Source: a virus. Taken from it: a stretch of DNA of 64,000 nt. Shown in pieces: positions 1-10,103 of this stretch (positions within the stretch are counted from its first letter, which is position 1; each line of letters starts with the position of its first letter). The notes beneath the pieces are model-generated. The model did not search any database. It was given only the letters and a program-made list of their open reading frames with translations, and was not told the origin of the DNA. The stretch is taken from the IMG/VR virus record IMGVR_UViG_3300025840_000013. One strand, 5' to 3'. Position numbers and translations under genes: made by a program.

Positions 1-68
1 GTTGGAGTATCATTCAGTATTTTTGTACGAATTGCACTTATCGATGTCGATAGATTTGCGTCTGCCAT
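1..68 (-). CDS. 5' end of a late (probably virion) gene running off the window (MADANLSTSISAIRTKILNDTP...)
   Basis: ATG at 68-66 on minus strand, open to window edge, downstream of a TATAAATA late promoter. Confidence 0.6.
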   Translation of the reverse strand, partial: MADANLSTSISAIRTKILNDTP

Positions 69-98
69 CCTAATTAACCTTTGTAATTATGTTTCTTC

Positions 99-106
99 TA
101 TTTATA
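99..106 (-). promoter_or_regulatory. T4-type late promoter TATAAATA
   Basis: TATTTATA on + strand, intergenic, upstream of the ATG at 68. Confidence 0.75.
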
Positions 107-112
107 TGTTTT

Positions 113-1891
113 TTAAACAGTACTTATACTGCCAGTTGCTGATACTTGGGCACTTAGATAAATCAATCCATTGTTAGGACAAACCGCATATGAATTAAAG
201 TTTCCTTGATCGCAAGTAACTTGTACTTGGAAATCATAAACTCCAAAAGTATCGGTATAATTAGGAATTCTTCCGAAAGTATCCATTCGGGCTTCAACTA
301 CAGTACTTCCATTTGCAAATTCATTTGGATCTGCTTGCGCCATCCATCCAAATGTAAGTTGTCCAGACCCAGTGTTTGGTACTGGATAGAAGTTATCAGA
401 CTGGTATGGCCCTTGTACACCTAAAACTGGAGTTGGGCCAAATGCATAATTATTTACATTCACATCACCACTCGCCGATTGCCTTTGCACACGATATTTT
501 GCCTGTACGGAAGTAATACCTGTTAATCCTGTATAGTTGATATATATGTCAACAGGTGTGGCCATTGCACCACTATCTCCCGATGCCTTTGTAACAATTA
601 TTCTTTCGTTTGTTGGATCGTGTCTAAATCCTATATAACACCATGCCTCAACGAACCCAATAGTATTATTAAATTGACGGTTAGTACCCCAATCAGAAAG
701 GTCAAATCTATTATCAAAACTAACTGGATCTGGAGGCGTCAATGAAGTATCATTAATAATGAATGTATCGGATGCGACTTGAGTGGGTATTGTGGGCTCT
801 GTGGATGTGCCGATGCGGATGACCGCATTCTCATCTCCTTCTGTTAACGAGTCAGCAGTAGGTACAACGGTAAATGAACCTGAGTTGTTTGTGATACTAA
901 AAGAACCAGATGATTGCATAAATTGTGTTGATGGACTTACGGCCCAATATAATGTTGTTCCGTTTGGAACATCAGTTGTGGTTACATTTATCGTACCAGA
1001 AGAACCTTCGTCAATAGAATCTGGCGCTGTTACTGTATATGTTGCTGGTGAAGTTGAGGTATCAATAATGGCGAATGTATCAGTTACTACAATTGTTCCT
1101 GTTGCACTTCCAGTTCTAATTTCAATTGTTCCTTGTTCAGTACCTTCAGTGGTTGTATCTTCAGTTGCAGAAATATCAAAACTTCCTGTATCGTTGTTAA
1201 TTGTAAATGAACCACTTGCAGGGCTAAGATCTTCTGAAGGACTTACAGTAAACCATAGAATTGTGTTATCTGGGACAAGTGTTGTATTGACTACAAATGT
1301 TCTGGTGTCTCCTTCATTGATAGAAGCAGGGCTTGAAATTGAGTAAGTGGGAACGTCTGGATCAAAAATTGAAACTGTATCTGCAGTCTCTGATAATGCT
1401 CTAGTTATAGTATTCGTACCATCAGTAAAGGTAACATTTCCACTTATGGTTGCAATTAATGTTTCGGTTCCTTCATTCAGCCCATCATCTTCGAATGTAA
1501 TACTGAAAAAAGCGGTGTTGGAATTGATGGTAATGGTACTTGGAACTGGATCACCTATTTGTACCGCCGCTGGGTAATCTGCACTTGAAGAGGTTCCCAC
1601 AAGAGAAAGATTAAATACTGTGCCGTCTGGCACATTAGATGTTGTTACTGTAAATGTTACAGTCCCCGTCACGGCCGCTTCTCCCTCTGATATACTTGTA
1701 GAGTCTGGAGAAAAACTATCTATACTTGGTTCTGGAGCAGGATCAGTTGGTGGTGGCGGAGGGGCCACTGGTGCTGGGCCTTCTATTATTGCCTTTCTTA
1801 ACCACGCAACTTTACTTGAGTTATATACCCAAGTTCTACTTCCTATAGTATGTTCATCATCATTAGAAGGTGTAGAAGGAAAGTTTGCCAT
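113..1891 (-). CDS. Virion/tail-fibre-associated protein with Ig/Calx-beta-like repeats
   Basis: N-terminal NFPSTPS...RTWVY motif typical of phage fibre proteins, Pro linker, three ~100 aa repeats (SIxEG...VTTxxVPDGT...DxxxEGxE), Thr/Ser rich. Confidence 0.6.
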   Translation of the reverse strand: MANFPSTPSNDDEHTIGSRTWVYNSSKVAWLRKAIIEGPAPVAPPPPPTDPAPEPSIDSFSPDSTSISEGEAAVTGTVTFTVTTSNVPDGTVFNLSLVGTSSSADYPAAVQIGDPVPSTITINSNTAFFSITFEDDGLNEGTETLIATISGNVTFTDGTNTITRALSETADTVSIFDPDVPTYSISSPASINEGDTRTFVVNTTLVPDNTILWFTVSPSEDLSPASGSFTINNDTGSFDISATEDTTTEGTEQGTIEIRTGSATGTIVVTDTFAIIDTSTSPATYTVTAPDSIDEGSSGTINVTTTDVPNGTTLYWAVSPSTQFMQSSGSFSITNNSGSFTVVPTADSLTEGDENAVIRIGTSTEPTIPTQVASDTFIINDTSLTPPDPVSFDNRFDLSDWGTNRQFNNTIGFVEAWCYIGFRHDPTNERIIVTKASGDSGAMATPVDIYINYTGLTGITSVQAKYRVQRQSASGDVNVNNYAFGPTPVLGVQGPYQSDNFYPVPNTGSGQLTFGWMAQADPNEFANGSTVVEARMDTFGRIPNYTDTFGVYDFQVQVTCDQGNFNSYAVCPNNGLIYLSAQVSATGSISTV

Positions 1892-1901
1892 TTAATTTTC
1901 C

Positions 1902-4391
1902 TTAATAAATATAATACCATGCAACAGGATCAGACGCACCAAACCCACTGATTGTAAATGAACCATTTGCATCTGCTGTTAGTGTTTGTGATCTGCCAGA
2001 AAAAGTGGGAGACCATGCAACAACTGTGCGTCCTGCAGCAGCTGCAACTGTCACTGTTGAGTTGTTTCCATTCGCAGGAGTAGTCGTAGAACCAATTCCT
2101 GTTATCCCCCCACTACTCAAAAGTCCAGATGCATCACTTAGTTGATTGATATCTGAAATATTTACTTGCGTCCATGCGTTTGAGTTGTTTCTTACATAGA
2201 ACTCACCACCACCAGTGTCCATCCAGAAATCTCCAGTAGAGGGGTCTGATGGTGCAGTTGTTCCAACTGTCGAGATAACTGCATCATCGGCGTCTAGTTT
2301 AAGTGCAAGTGCATCTACGATTGTATCGTAAACTGATGCGTCATCATTGATTGCAGCTGCAAGTTCGTTTAATGTATCTAGTGCTTCTGGTGCGCCATCC
2401 ACTAGTGCTGCAATTGCACTGGATACATGAGAATGTGTTGCGATTGGATCGTTGTTAATAGTTACAGAATCTGCACTTGGTACAAAAAATTCAACCTTAC
2501 TTCCTTCTGAACTTGCATTAATTAATAACTCTCCACCAAATTCACTGATACTCGCACCCTCATTAAAAATCAACTCGTTTTGTACAGTTAAATTATTAGA
2601 GATGGTTGCATCATTTGCAATAGTTAAATTGTTTGTTCCTATAATGTCACCATTCTCATCTACTCTAAAGATCGCATCATCTTTACTGAGAGATGTATCA
2701 GTATTATAGTTATTGAATAATGCAAAATAATTATTTGCTTCATTATTGTCAGTATCTAAAAACATACAAATGGATTGAACTGAACTAAATGCAAGATTGT
2801 TAGTTCTATCTGATGGAGTATCATAATCCATGAAAATTTTATTTGGATATGTTTCTGATAGTGCATGATTTAGAGTTACATTTCTCCAAACTTTTTGTAG
2901 ATTTTCTGTTTCGTAGTACTGAAGAATGTCATCTGTTTGAGCACCGAATGTGTCAAAATCTTCTAATTGATTTGATGTGATTTTCACGAAATTTGCTCCT
3001 ACTGTCATTTTTAGGGGCACTGCAACTGCAGTTACTCCATATGTTTCTTTTAAATGTAGAACTTCAGCGTTTGCTGCGTTCATATTTTCTGCGACTTTGA
3101 TAAAACTCCAATCGAGTTGGTTGCCTCCAAATGCAGTCTCTAATCTTCGCATCATTATATCAATTGGAAAGACAACGGCAACTTGCGCTTCAAAATTTTC
3201 TAATTCTTCTTTGGCAGTTGCCATGACATTGTAATAACGATAGTCAGAACTTTCTGCTATAGTAACATCTCTAGTTCTGGATATTGTAGTATCAGGATTA
3301 TCAATATCCATTCTATATACATTATAACCTTGATATTGAGAAACTAATTGTTTTCTTGTATATGTAGAATTCGAAGTAGTTGTGTGGGTAGTTGCACTTG
3401 GTGTGTTTTGACTAGTTATAATACTATTATTTTCAATTATTCCCCAACTTCCTACAGTACCATCAGTCAACCCCCCAAATGGCCTTGATGTAGTAATAAT
3501 AGTTTGATTGTTCCAATCATCAAAAATGCTGTATGTCATATTTGCAGGCCTAGAACCAATTCCCTGCATCCATTGTTGATGTTGTAGTTGGTCTGTTACG
3601 CCCGAAATTGCGGTTGGAGTTGTTGTATAATTCCATAAAGTATCTCCAACTATTCCGTCTATGATAACTCCTCTAAATTGATCACTTGAGTCTGTATAAT
3701 TGATTAATGATTTTATTTTTCTTCCGGCCAAAACTGAAGGTGAAATGATAGTATCTCCAACTGCTAGGCCTTCAGTTATCATATCATCAAATTCGGTTGG
3801 TGTCATCATTAAAACATAATCAGGAGACCATAAACTTACATTTCCATTTGAGTCATATGCCCATGAAGGTGCAGAATACCAAGTTCCAGCCCCACCAATA
3901 AAACTGCCAACACCAAATGAACTAAATTGAGTTGTAATTCCACCAAAAACATTTTGTAGTCCAGTAAAACCATTTGTAGTGGTTCCCTGTTCTGCACTTG
4001 CAGTCGCTTCTACCCATCCAGAACTTAATGTACCAGTTGCAGGACTACCCAGCAACACATTTTGAAAGTCTTCTCCAAACACAGTAACATTTTCTGTAAT
4101 AGTACTCGTTGTAAATTCATTATATGATGAAGAGTCGATTACATCTCCAGCCTCATAGGAGTTGCCATTTAATAAGGTTAGTGTTGGTGCCCTAGAACCG
4201 AAATCATAATTTCTCAATATTACAACACCATCTACTACTAAAGACCAAGTTCCTTTTAAAGAGCTTGCGTTAACTGTTAGTGATGGAACCAGTGTATTAA
4301 CTGCTCCATCAATATCCGAACTTTCTAAATGATGAATCCAGACTGTTTGGAAATTACTTGGATTTACATAATTTGTATAGTTTGTTGCCAT
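1902..4391 (-). CDS. Tail fibre-like structural protein
   Basis: AIAALVDGAPEALDTLNELAAAINDD motif common in tail fibres; TAPSDPSTGDFWMDT motif; late promoter upstream. Confidence 0.65.
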   Translation of the reverse strand: MATNYTNYVNPSNFQTVWIHHLESSDIDGAVNTLVPSLTVNASSLKGTWSLVVDGVVILRNYDFGSRAPTLTLLNGNSYEAGDVIDSSSYNEFTTSTITENVTVFGEDFQNVLLGSPATGTLSSGWVEATASAEQGTTTNGFTGLQNVFGGITTQFSSFGVGSFIGGAGTWYSAPSWAYDSNGNVSLWSPDYVLMMTPTEFDDMITEGLAVGDTIISPSVLAGRKIKSLINYTDSSDQFRGVIIDGIVGDTLWNYTTTPTAISGVTDQLQHQQWMQGIGSRPANMTYSIFDDWNNQTIITTSRPFGGLTDGTVGSWGIIENNSIITSQNTPSATTHTTTSNSTYTRKQLVSQYQGYNVYRMDIDNPDTTISRTRDVTIAESSDYRYYNVMATAKEELENFEAQVAVVFPIDIMMRRLETAFGGNQLDWSFIKVAENMNAANAEVLHLKETYGVTAVAVPLKMTVGANFVKITSNQLEDFDTFGAQTDDILQYYETENLQKVWRNVTLNHALSETYPNKIFMDYDTPSDRTNNLAFSSVQSICMFLDTDNNEANNYFALFNNYNTDTSLSKDDAIFRVDENGDIIGTNNLTIANDATISNNLTVQNELIFNEGASISEFGGELLINASSEGSKVEFFVPSADSVTINNDPIATHSHVSSAIAALVDGAPEALDTLNELAAAINDDASVYDTIVDALALKLDADDAVISTVGTTAPSDPSTGDFWMDTGGGEFYVRNNSNAWTQVNISDINQLSDASGLLSSGGITGIGSTTTPANGNNSTVTVAAAAGRTVVAWSPTFSGRSQTLTADANGSFTISGFGASDPVAWYYIY

Positions 4392-4419
4392 TTTGCGCCC
4401 AATGTTAAAATATTTCTAC

Positions 4420-4427
4420 TATTTATA
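4420..4427 (-). promoter_or_regulatory. T4-type late promoter TATAAATA for the fibre genes
   Basis: TATTTATA on + strand 29 nt upstream of the 4391 start. Confidence 0.75.
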
Positions 4428-4456
4428 TTGACAGAAATGATGAATGGTGTTAGTAT
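4428..4456 (+). promoter_or_regulatory. sigma70-type promoter (TTGACA-N17-TAGTAT)
   Basis: direct motif match upstream of the 4477 ORF. Confidence 0.65.
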
Positions 4457-4476
4457 AGTCAAAAATGGAGTTATCA

Positions 4477-4626
4477 ATGACATACGAACAATTAATGAAC
4501 AGACGTATAGAAAACGTGGCTAGAATAGTTGAAAAATTTGAAAATAATAAATCTAGTTGGGGATACCAATACTGGTCTCAAGTACTTGAGTATTTAATAA
4601 GGAATCTCCCAAAGACAATTCATTGA
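4477..4626 (+). CDS. Small hypothetical protein (49 aa, MTYEQLMNRR...), not in ORF track
   Basis: GGAG RBS, ATG, open frame to TGA. Confidence 0.6.
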   Translation: MTYEQLMNRRIENVARIVEKFENNKSSWGYQYWSQVLEYLIRNLPKTIH

Positions 4627-4634
4627 GGTAAAAA

Positions 4635-4904
4635 ATGAACAAACCTAGACTTACAGATCCAGAGATTGAAATGCTAGTAATTTTAATCGAAGAGTGTTCA
4701 GAGTTACAGAAAGTTGCTTCTAAAATGATTAGATTTGGAAGGGACTCTGAAAAAACAGAACAGCTGGCAGAAGAAATAGGCGACATTCAATGTATGATTG
4801 ACCTTCTGCACGAATTTGACTTAGTGTCTTTCAACGAGATTGATGAAAGAGCTCAAATAAAGAAAGAAAAACTTAGAGAATATTCAAATATCTTCTTGAC
4901 ATAG
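4635..4904 (+). CDS. MazG-like nucleotide pyrophosphohydrolase
   Basis: EECSELQ...LAEEIGD acidic helix motifs. Confidence 0.7.
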   Translation: MNKPRLTDPEIEMLVILIEECSELQKVASKMIRFGRDSEKTEQLAEEIGDIQCMIDLLHEFDLVSFNEIDERAQIKKEKLREYSNIFLT

Positions 4905-4951
4905 ACAAAAAAATGATATATTATGGTTATTGAAAATTTGGAGATTATTTT

Positions 4952-5149
4952 ATGGTTGAATTACCTTTATATTGGATTTTAGTATTCTTAATGTCTGGCC
5001 CCACTGGCGAAGTTACAATCTTCGATCAAGAACTATACGAAACCGAACAGAGATGCGAGGAAGCAAAATCTTTTATTGTTTCCAATCTTGGGGAGCCGAT
5101 GAACTATGAAGTACTATGTTTTAAAACTGATAGACCTTTTGGAGATTAA
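4952..5149 (+). CDS. Small hypothetical exported protein with two Cys
   Basis: hydrophobic N-terminus, RBS, sigma70 promoter at 4896-4924. Confidence 0.55.
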   Translation: MVELPLYWILVFLMSGPTGEVTIFDQELYETEQRCEEAKSFIVSNLGEPMNYEVLCFKTDRPFGD

Positions 5150-5151
5150 TA

Positions 5152-5787
5152 ATGGCAAATCATGTACACTGGAGCATTACATTCGATTCGATGAATGATG
5201 CAGCAAAAGAAAAATTAAAAGAAATTCTAGGGCGTGTTAGAACTGATACATCCCATCAATGGTTAGGAGATATTTTTGTAGACCCTACCAGTTCAATAAC
5301 ATATGAAGAGACAGAACAGTATACTTGGACTACTGAGCACATAGGGCCAAAGTGGAGTTATATCGAAGATATGGATGCAGATGAAGGGTACTTGAACGGA
5401 GAATCTGCATGGAGTGCGCCAGATGGTGCGTTAGACTATCTTTTAGAAGAATTGAGTGAACTCGACCCAGAAATGATTACTATCTTTACATATGAAGATG
5501 AGGCACCCAATTTTGCAGGGGCCTATGTATATGACGGAGATGAATTATATGATGGGTGGGAAGACGAATACGAAGAGATCGTTGACGCTGTGATTGCAGA
5601 ATACCCTAAAGAGTTGCATGGAAAATACAATTTTGATGACTTGGAATGGGAAGATGACGAATCTTCAGATTTTTTCCAAGATGTTATGTGGGAATCATTG
5701 AGTGATCGTCAATGGGAAGATGCCGCAAATTTTGTCGCAAGTCTGAAAGAATGGCGCAATGAACATGCAATTGGTGAAACCGCATGA
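5152..5787 (+). CDS. Acidic protein with YubB/DUF1281 ferredoxin-like fold
   Basis: HIGPKW...ESAWSAP...YEDE motifs. Confidence 0.5.
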   Translation: MANHVHWSITFDSMNDAAKEKLKEILGRVRTDTSHQWLGDIFVDPTSSITYEETEQYTWTTEHIGPKWSYIEDMDADEGYLNGESAWSAPDGALDYLLEELSELDPEMITIFTYEDEAPNFAGAYVYDGDELYDGWEDEYEEIVDAVIAEYPKELHGKYNFDDLEWEDDESSDFFQDVMWESLSDRQWEDAANFVASLKEWRNEHAIGETA

Positions 5788-6929
5788 GAATCGACAGTGA
5801 AGTAAAACTGGATTACAACAATGTCCTCATTCGCCCTAAAAGAAGTACACTAACTTCTAGAAAGGAAGTTGACCTTACACGAAGGTTTACATACAGAAAC
5901 TATTCTGCAGATTTCCCAGATAATGTAAGTGATGTGCATTACGAAGGTGTACCCATCATGGCTGCAAATATGGATGGGGTGGGTACTTTTGACATGGCAG
6001 ACAAACTCGCAGAGGGTGGCCTTTTTACATGTCTCGTCAAAACATATACAGTGAATGAACTTGTTTCTTATTTTGATAACGACATGCAAGAAAGAACTGA
6101 ATGTGTTGCCATGTCTATTGGAATAACAGATGCAGACGAAATGAAGTTTCGTAATGTTTATGAACAAGTCGGTACACTTTTAAAATATGTCTGTATTGAT
6201 GTTGCAAATGGATATACGGAAAGATTTGTAGAGTTTGTAAAACTGTTTCGTCAAAACTATCCAAGAATTGTAATTATTGCAGGAAATGTTGTTACTGCAG
6301 ATCAGACACAGGAGTTAATATTAAATGGAGCAGATATTGTTAAAGTGGGTATTGGCCCTGGCAGTGTATGTACTACTCGTATTAAAACTGGAGTCGGTTA
6401 TCCTCAACTCTCCGCTGTTATCGAATGTGCTGATGCCGCTCATGGCCTTGGCGGGCATATTATTGCTGATGGTGGGTGTACGACAGCTGGTGATGTTGTA
6501 AAGGCATTTGCTGCTGGTGCAGACTTTGTAATGCTTGGCGGTATGCTTGCTGGACATGTTGAGGGTGGTGGAGAGGTTATAAATAAGTATTACGAGACAA
6601 ACGAAGTTGTATATGAAGTAGGCAATCATTTAGATAATCGTACACGCAAAGTAGAAGTGAAAAAATTTGTGAAGTTTTATGGAATGAGTTCAGATGCAGC
6701 AAACATAAAACACTTTGGTGGACTGAAAGACTATCGTGCAAGTGAGGGTAGAGAGGTACTCGTTCCATACAGGGGTACTGTTGCGTCTACTGCTCAAGAT
6801 ATTCTTGGCGGAATGCGATCAGCATGTACTTATGTTGGTGCAGATAAGTTGAAAAGACTAAGTAAATGTACAACTTTTATTTTGTGTAATGATACACATA
6901 ATAGAGTATACGAGGCAAAAAATGTATGA
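5784..6929 (+). CDS. guaC: GMP reductase
   Basis: PIMAANMD, CIDVANGY, KVGIGPGSVCTTR, FYGMSS, YRASEG, RSACTYVGA motifs. Confidence 0.95.
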   Translation: MRIDSEVKLDYNNVLIRPKRSTLTSRKEVDLTRRFTYRNYSADFPDNVSDVHYEGVPIMAANMDGVGTFDMADKLAEGGLFTCLVKTYTVNELVSYFDNDMQERTECVAMSIGITDADEMKFRNVYEQVGTLLKYVCIDVANGYTERFVEFVKLFRQNYPRIVIIAGNVVTADQTQELILNGADIVKVGIGPGSVCTTRIKTGVGYPQLSAVIECADAAHGLGGHIIADGGCTTAGDVVKAFAAGADFVMLGGMLAGHVEGGGEVINKYYETNEVVYEVGNHLDNRTRKVEVKKFVKFYGMSSDAANIKHFGGLKDYRASEGREVLVPYRGTVASTAQDILGGMRSACTYVGADKLKRLSKCTTFILCNDTHNRVYEAKNV

Positions 6930-7689
6930 GTACACACTAACTGTGCATGACATGGCCAAGGCGGCAAGTTATGCATATTTAACAAAAAACGAAGCAGACC
7001 CTAAGTTTTATAAAATGGGATATCCGCATGTAAGATATTATGATAATTCAGGCGCCCAAGCATATGTAGTTTGGAACGAAGATAATGTTATTGTCGCATT
7101 TAGAGGAACAGAACCAGATCAATTCAATGATATCAAGGCAGACCTTAAAGCATGGCCGAAGAAATCACTTCTTGCAGGAAGAGTCCACTTGGGATTCGAA
7201 AAAGAAGTTTCTAAACTATGGAGTTTAGTACAACAACAGGTTTTAGATATAAGATTCAATCAAACACTTCAAAAGAATAGAAAGTTGTTTGTAACTGGAC
7301 ACTCATTAGGTGGTGCGATGGCCACCATTGTCGCCGGCAGATTACCATCGGTAACTTGTTTATGTACATTTGGTTCGCCAAGAGTTGGTAATCGTGAATA
7401 TTGCAAATCTAATATTTCAAGTCATATTAGAGTGGTAAATAATAATGATATAGTACCAAGTGTGCCGCCTGCAATCTTTACTTATAAACATCATGGCGAG
7501 TTGCATTATATTAATTTTTATGGTAATATTCGTAAAATGACACCATGGCAAAGATTTAAAGATCAGATGAGAGGACGATGGGCTGCACTAAAGAAAAGAC
7601 AATTTTTTGATGGTGCTTATGACCATGGTATGAAATATTATATGAGATATACGGAAGGGTTCAAAGAATCCATAGGAGACAAACAGTGA
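6922..7689 (+). CDS. Lipase class 3 (alpha/beta hydrolase)
   Basis: VAFRGTE, VHLGF, TGHSLGGAMA, TFGSPRVG, NNNDIVP, C-terminal DH; start placed at 6922 overlapping the guaC stop. Confidence 0.9.
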   Translation: MYEYTLTVHDMAKAASYAYLTKNEADPKFYKMGYPHVRYYDNSGAQAYVVWNEDNVIVAFRGTEPDQFNDIKADLKAWPKKSLLAGRVHLGFEKEVSKLWSLVQQQVLDIRFNQTLQKNRKLFVTGHSLGGAMATIVAGRLPSVTCLCTFGSPRVGNREYCKSNISSHIRVVNNNDIVPSVPPAIFTYKHHGELHYINFYGNIRKMTPWQRFKDQMRGRWAALKKRQFFDGAYDHGMKYYMRYTEGFKESIGDKQ

Positions 7690-7848
7690 CTGCAAAAATG
7701 ATTGCAGATATACAAAGATTGAGGGATCTTAACCGCAAAAAATTAGATGGTAAAACCCTTGTAAAGGCAATTCCAGATCACATTAGATCACATTTGTTAG
7801 GCGAAATATCTGGATATGACAAAGTACTAAAGATATTGGAGAATACAA

Positions 7849-8127
7849 ATGTGGGAAATGATAGAGAGGATGGCAACCGATAGGTTGTGGATTTATACAG
7901 GCATTGCAGGAAGTCTTTTTGGTGCTGCATTTTTAATGTGGTTCAAAGATACTCGTATGGGACTATGGGGATACGCCAAGTTCGATACTTTTATGGCGTA
8001 TCTTGCAGAGAGGTGGAACATTACTTGGTTGCAAGAACCACCAGATGCCTGGCGTAAAAGATATCCTAAAATGACTGGCAAGATTGACGAACTGGAAGAA
8101 AGACTTAAAAAATTAGAAAATAGGTGA
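7849..8127 (+). CDS. Single-TM hypothetical protein with C-terminal coiled coil
   Basis: RBS GGAG, one hydrophobic segment. Confidence 0.6.
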   Translation: MWEMIERMATDRLWIYTGIAGSLFGAAFLMWFKDTRMGLWGYAKFDTFMAYLAERWNITWLQEPPDAWRKRYPKMTGKIDELEERLKKLENR

Positions 8128-8528
8128 GTTCTATGAGTGATGTGGATGTTGCATCAGACATTAAAGAAAAGTTTGAAAAAAGTCAAATGTCCAAGGCGGG
8201 AAAAATCGCTATGGAACTTTCTCAAGAAAGAAAAAGACTTAGAGAAGAACTTGCCCAACTGCAAAGTGAAGTGGACGACCTTACTCCAACAACACCAGTC
8301 GGCACATTTGACTGGTATGTTAAATGGATGTCTACTATCTTTGCAGTTTTTGGTATTTTTTCTCTGAGTGCTGGTTTTGAAATGGTAGGACAAATCTTAT
8401 ATGTAGTTGCAAGTATAGGATGGGTTGTAGTAGGAATGCAATGGGGCGACAGGGCAATTATGATAGGCAGTTCTATATCTGGTACTTCTGTTGCTTTAAA
8501 TCTTGTTGAATTAATTACTAGGACATAA
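8124..8528 (+). CDS. Membrane protein (coiled coil plus ~3 TM)
   Basis: ORF track; hydrophobic C-terminal half. Confidence 0.6.
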   Translation: MSSMSDVDVASDIKEKFEKSQMSKAGKIAMELSQERKRLREELAQLQSEVDDLTPTTPVGTFDWYVKWMSTIFAVFGIFSLSAGFEMVGQILYVVASIGWVVVGMQWGDRAIMIGSSISGTSVALNLVELITRT

Positions 8529-8534
8529 ATTTTT

Positions 8535-9836
8535 ATGAAAGGATTGTATACTGTAGTACTTGCACTTTTTTTGAGTGCATGTAGTAGTGGGGAATCATAT
8601 CCCCTAGCCGGGACACCAGTTGCAGATTATTGGTGTCAAAACTACTCTAAGTTTCAAGAATACCACGATGGTAAGGGCGGAACTTATGTAGTAGAAGAAG
8701 AGTTATCAGAAGATTGTGGTTATGAGGAACCAGTTGTCGTTTTTAAAATGACTTTGCCAACTGGTGATAGATTCAACCCCGTTGTGGTTGAAGTTTCATA
8801 TGAACAGTTTGGTGAACCAGTAGAAGATATTATATTAGATTGGTGGTATGAAACTACAAAAGAAACAATAGGATGGGTTGAAACTCCCGATAAGTATACA
8901 CTTTTAATTTATGGTGATGGAAGAATTGGTGAAGGTACGATTATTTTAAATGATGAAGAATTCCTTTACACTATAGAAGATGAACCAAGATGTGCCCATG
9001 AAGGTCGTGTAGATTGTCTTGGATATGCGGTGTCGAGAAATTCACCAGAAGAAGGATTTATTTTTTATAGTGAAGATGATGAATCTATTGTTAATTTTGA
9101 ATTAACTATCTTTGAATACGAACCTCACACAGTTGATGATGACTTGGAGCCGGGGCTTATTTTAAATGTAGACCCGAATGACGACCCTTCTAGATTGTGG
9201 GCGAAGTGGAATACAAGAGTTGAAAAATTTAACAAATTGTATGAAGATTCTGGCGTCTTTGCTAGATTTGAACTCAAAGAAATTTGGATATCCCATTATC
9301 ATGGATTGCTTAGTTTAGAAGAGATTGCATCTGAAGTCGATGCAGACATTGTATTGGGTGCAGGAACCACATATCCAAATACTTGCGGTGTTGCATATCC
9401 CAACACTAGATTTTATGAGGGGTATCCTGTTGTTTCAATGGCAGCGTGTACATGGAAAACCGATTTACACGAAATCGGACATTCGATAGGACTTGCCCAC
9501 GGCCCAGAAAATCAAGGATTTCCAAACTCTGGTTATATATTTCCACAGTTTGGTCATGGGTGGAATGATGTGTGTGGAGAACATGATGATATAATGTCTT
9601 ATGGATATTGGGACAATTTTCATAGTAATTCGTTACTTACTTGTGGACAAATTCTTGGCGATGCATCTAGAAATATACCAGAAGATATTGCAGGGAATCG
9701 ACAAATTACGGATACTGCATATGCAATTAACAGAGTGAGATATGATGTATCTCTTATTAACGATGACAATAAATATAAGCCTGAAGCGGCTGCAAGAGTT
9801 ATAGAAAGATTGGATAGACCAATCATCATAGATTAG
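8535..9836 (+). CDS. Lipoprotein zinc metalloprotease (metzincin, reprolysin-like)
   Basis: lipobox LSAC, HEIGHSIGLAH zinc motif, DIMSY Met-turn. Confidence 0.8.
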   Translation: MKGLYTVVLALFLSACSSGESYPLAGTPVADYWCQNYSKFQEYHDGKGGTYVVEEELSEDCGYEEPVVVFKMTLPTGDRFNPVVVEVSYEQFGEPVEDIILDWWYETTKETIGWVETPDKYTLLIYGDGRIGEGTIILNDEEFLYTIEDEPRCAHEGRVDCLGYAVSRNSPEEGFIFYSEDDESIVNFELTIFEYEPHTVDDDLEPGLILNVDPNDDPSRLWAKWNTRVEKFNKLYEDSGVFARFELKEIWISHYHGLLSLEEIASEVDADIVLGAGTTYPNTCGVAYPNTRFYEGYPVVSMAACTWKTDLHEIGHSIGLAHGPENQGFPNSGYIFPQFGHGWNDVCGEHDDIMSYGYWDNFHSNSLLTCGQILGDASRNIPEDIAGNRQITDTAYAINRVRYDVSLINDDNKYKPEAAARVIERLDRPIIID

Positions 9837-9845
9837 GAGTTTAAA

Positions 9846-10010
9846 ATGGGCGGTGACTTACAATTGGCACTTGATGTGATATCAATACTTGCAGTGTTAG
9901 GTGTTTCTATAGGAATATTTCTTAGTATCGTATTTGGTTTTATTAAGTTTGGTTTCCAGTATTCTTTATGGATTGTTCTTGCATCTTTGGTAATATGGTA
10001 TATAACTTGA
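9846..10010 (+). CDS. Small 2-TM membrane protein (54 aa), not in ORF track
   Basis: AGGAG RBS, MGGDLQLALDVISILAVLG... Confidence 0.6.
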   Translation: MGGDLQLALDVISILAVLGVSIGIFLSIVFGFIKFGFQYSLWIVLASLVIWYIT

Positions 10011-10057
10011 TGCAAATCTGACAAAAGAAGATCTTCTTTTAGCTAAATGTTATAAAT

Positions 10058-10083
10058 GGCAGTATTAATTACTGCCTTTTTTT
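10058..10083 (+). terminator. Rho-independent terminator
   Basis: GGCAGTA-ttaat-TACTGCC followed by T7. Confidence 0.75.
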
Positions 10084-10103
10084 GGCCTAGAATGAATCAA
10101 AAT

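Noticed and set aside
783-3234. Plus-strand ORFs of 76-187 aa opposite the fibre genes
   Set aside because: Antisense shadows of Thr/Ser-rich minus-strand genes; no RBS or recognisable motifs
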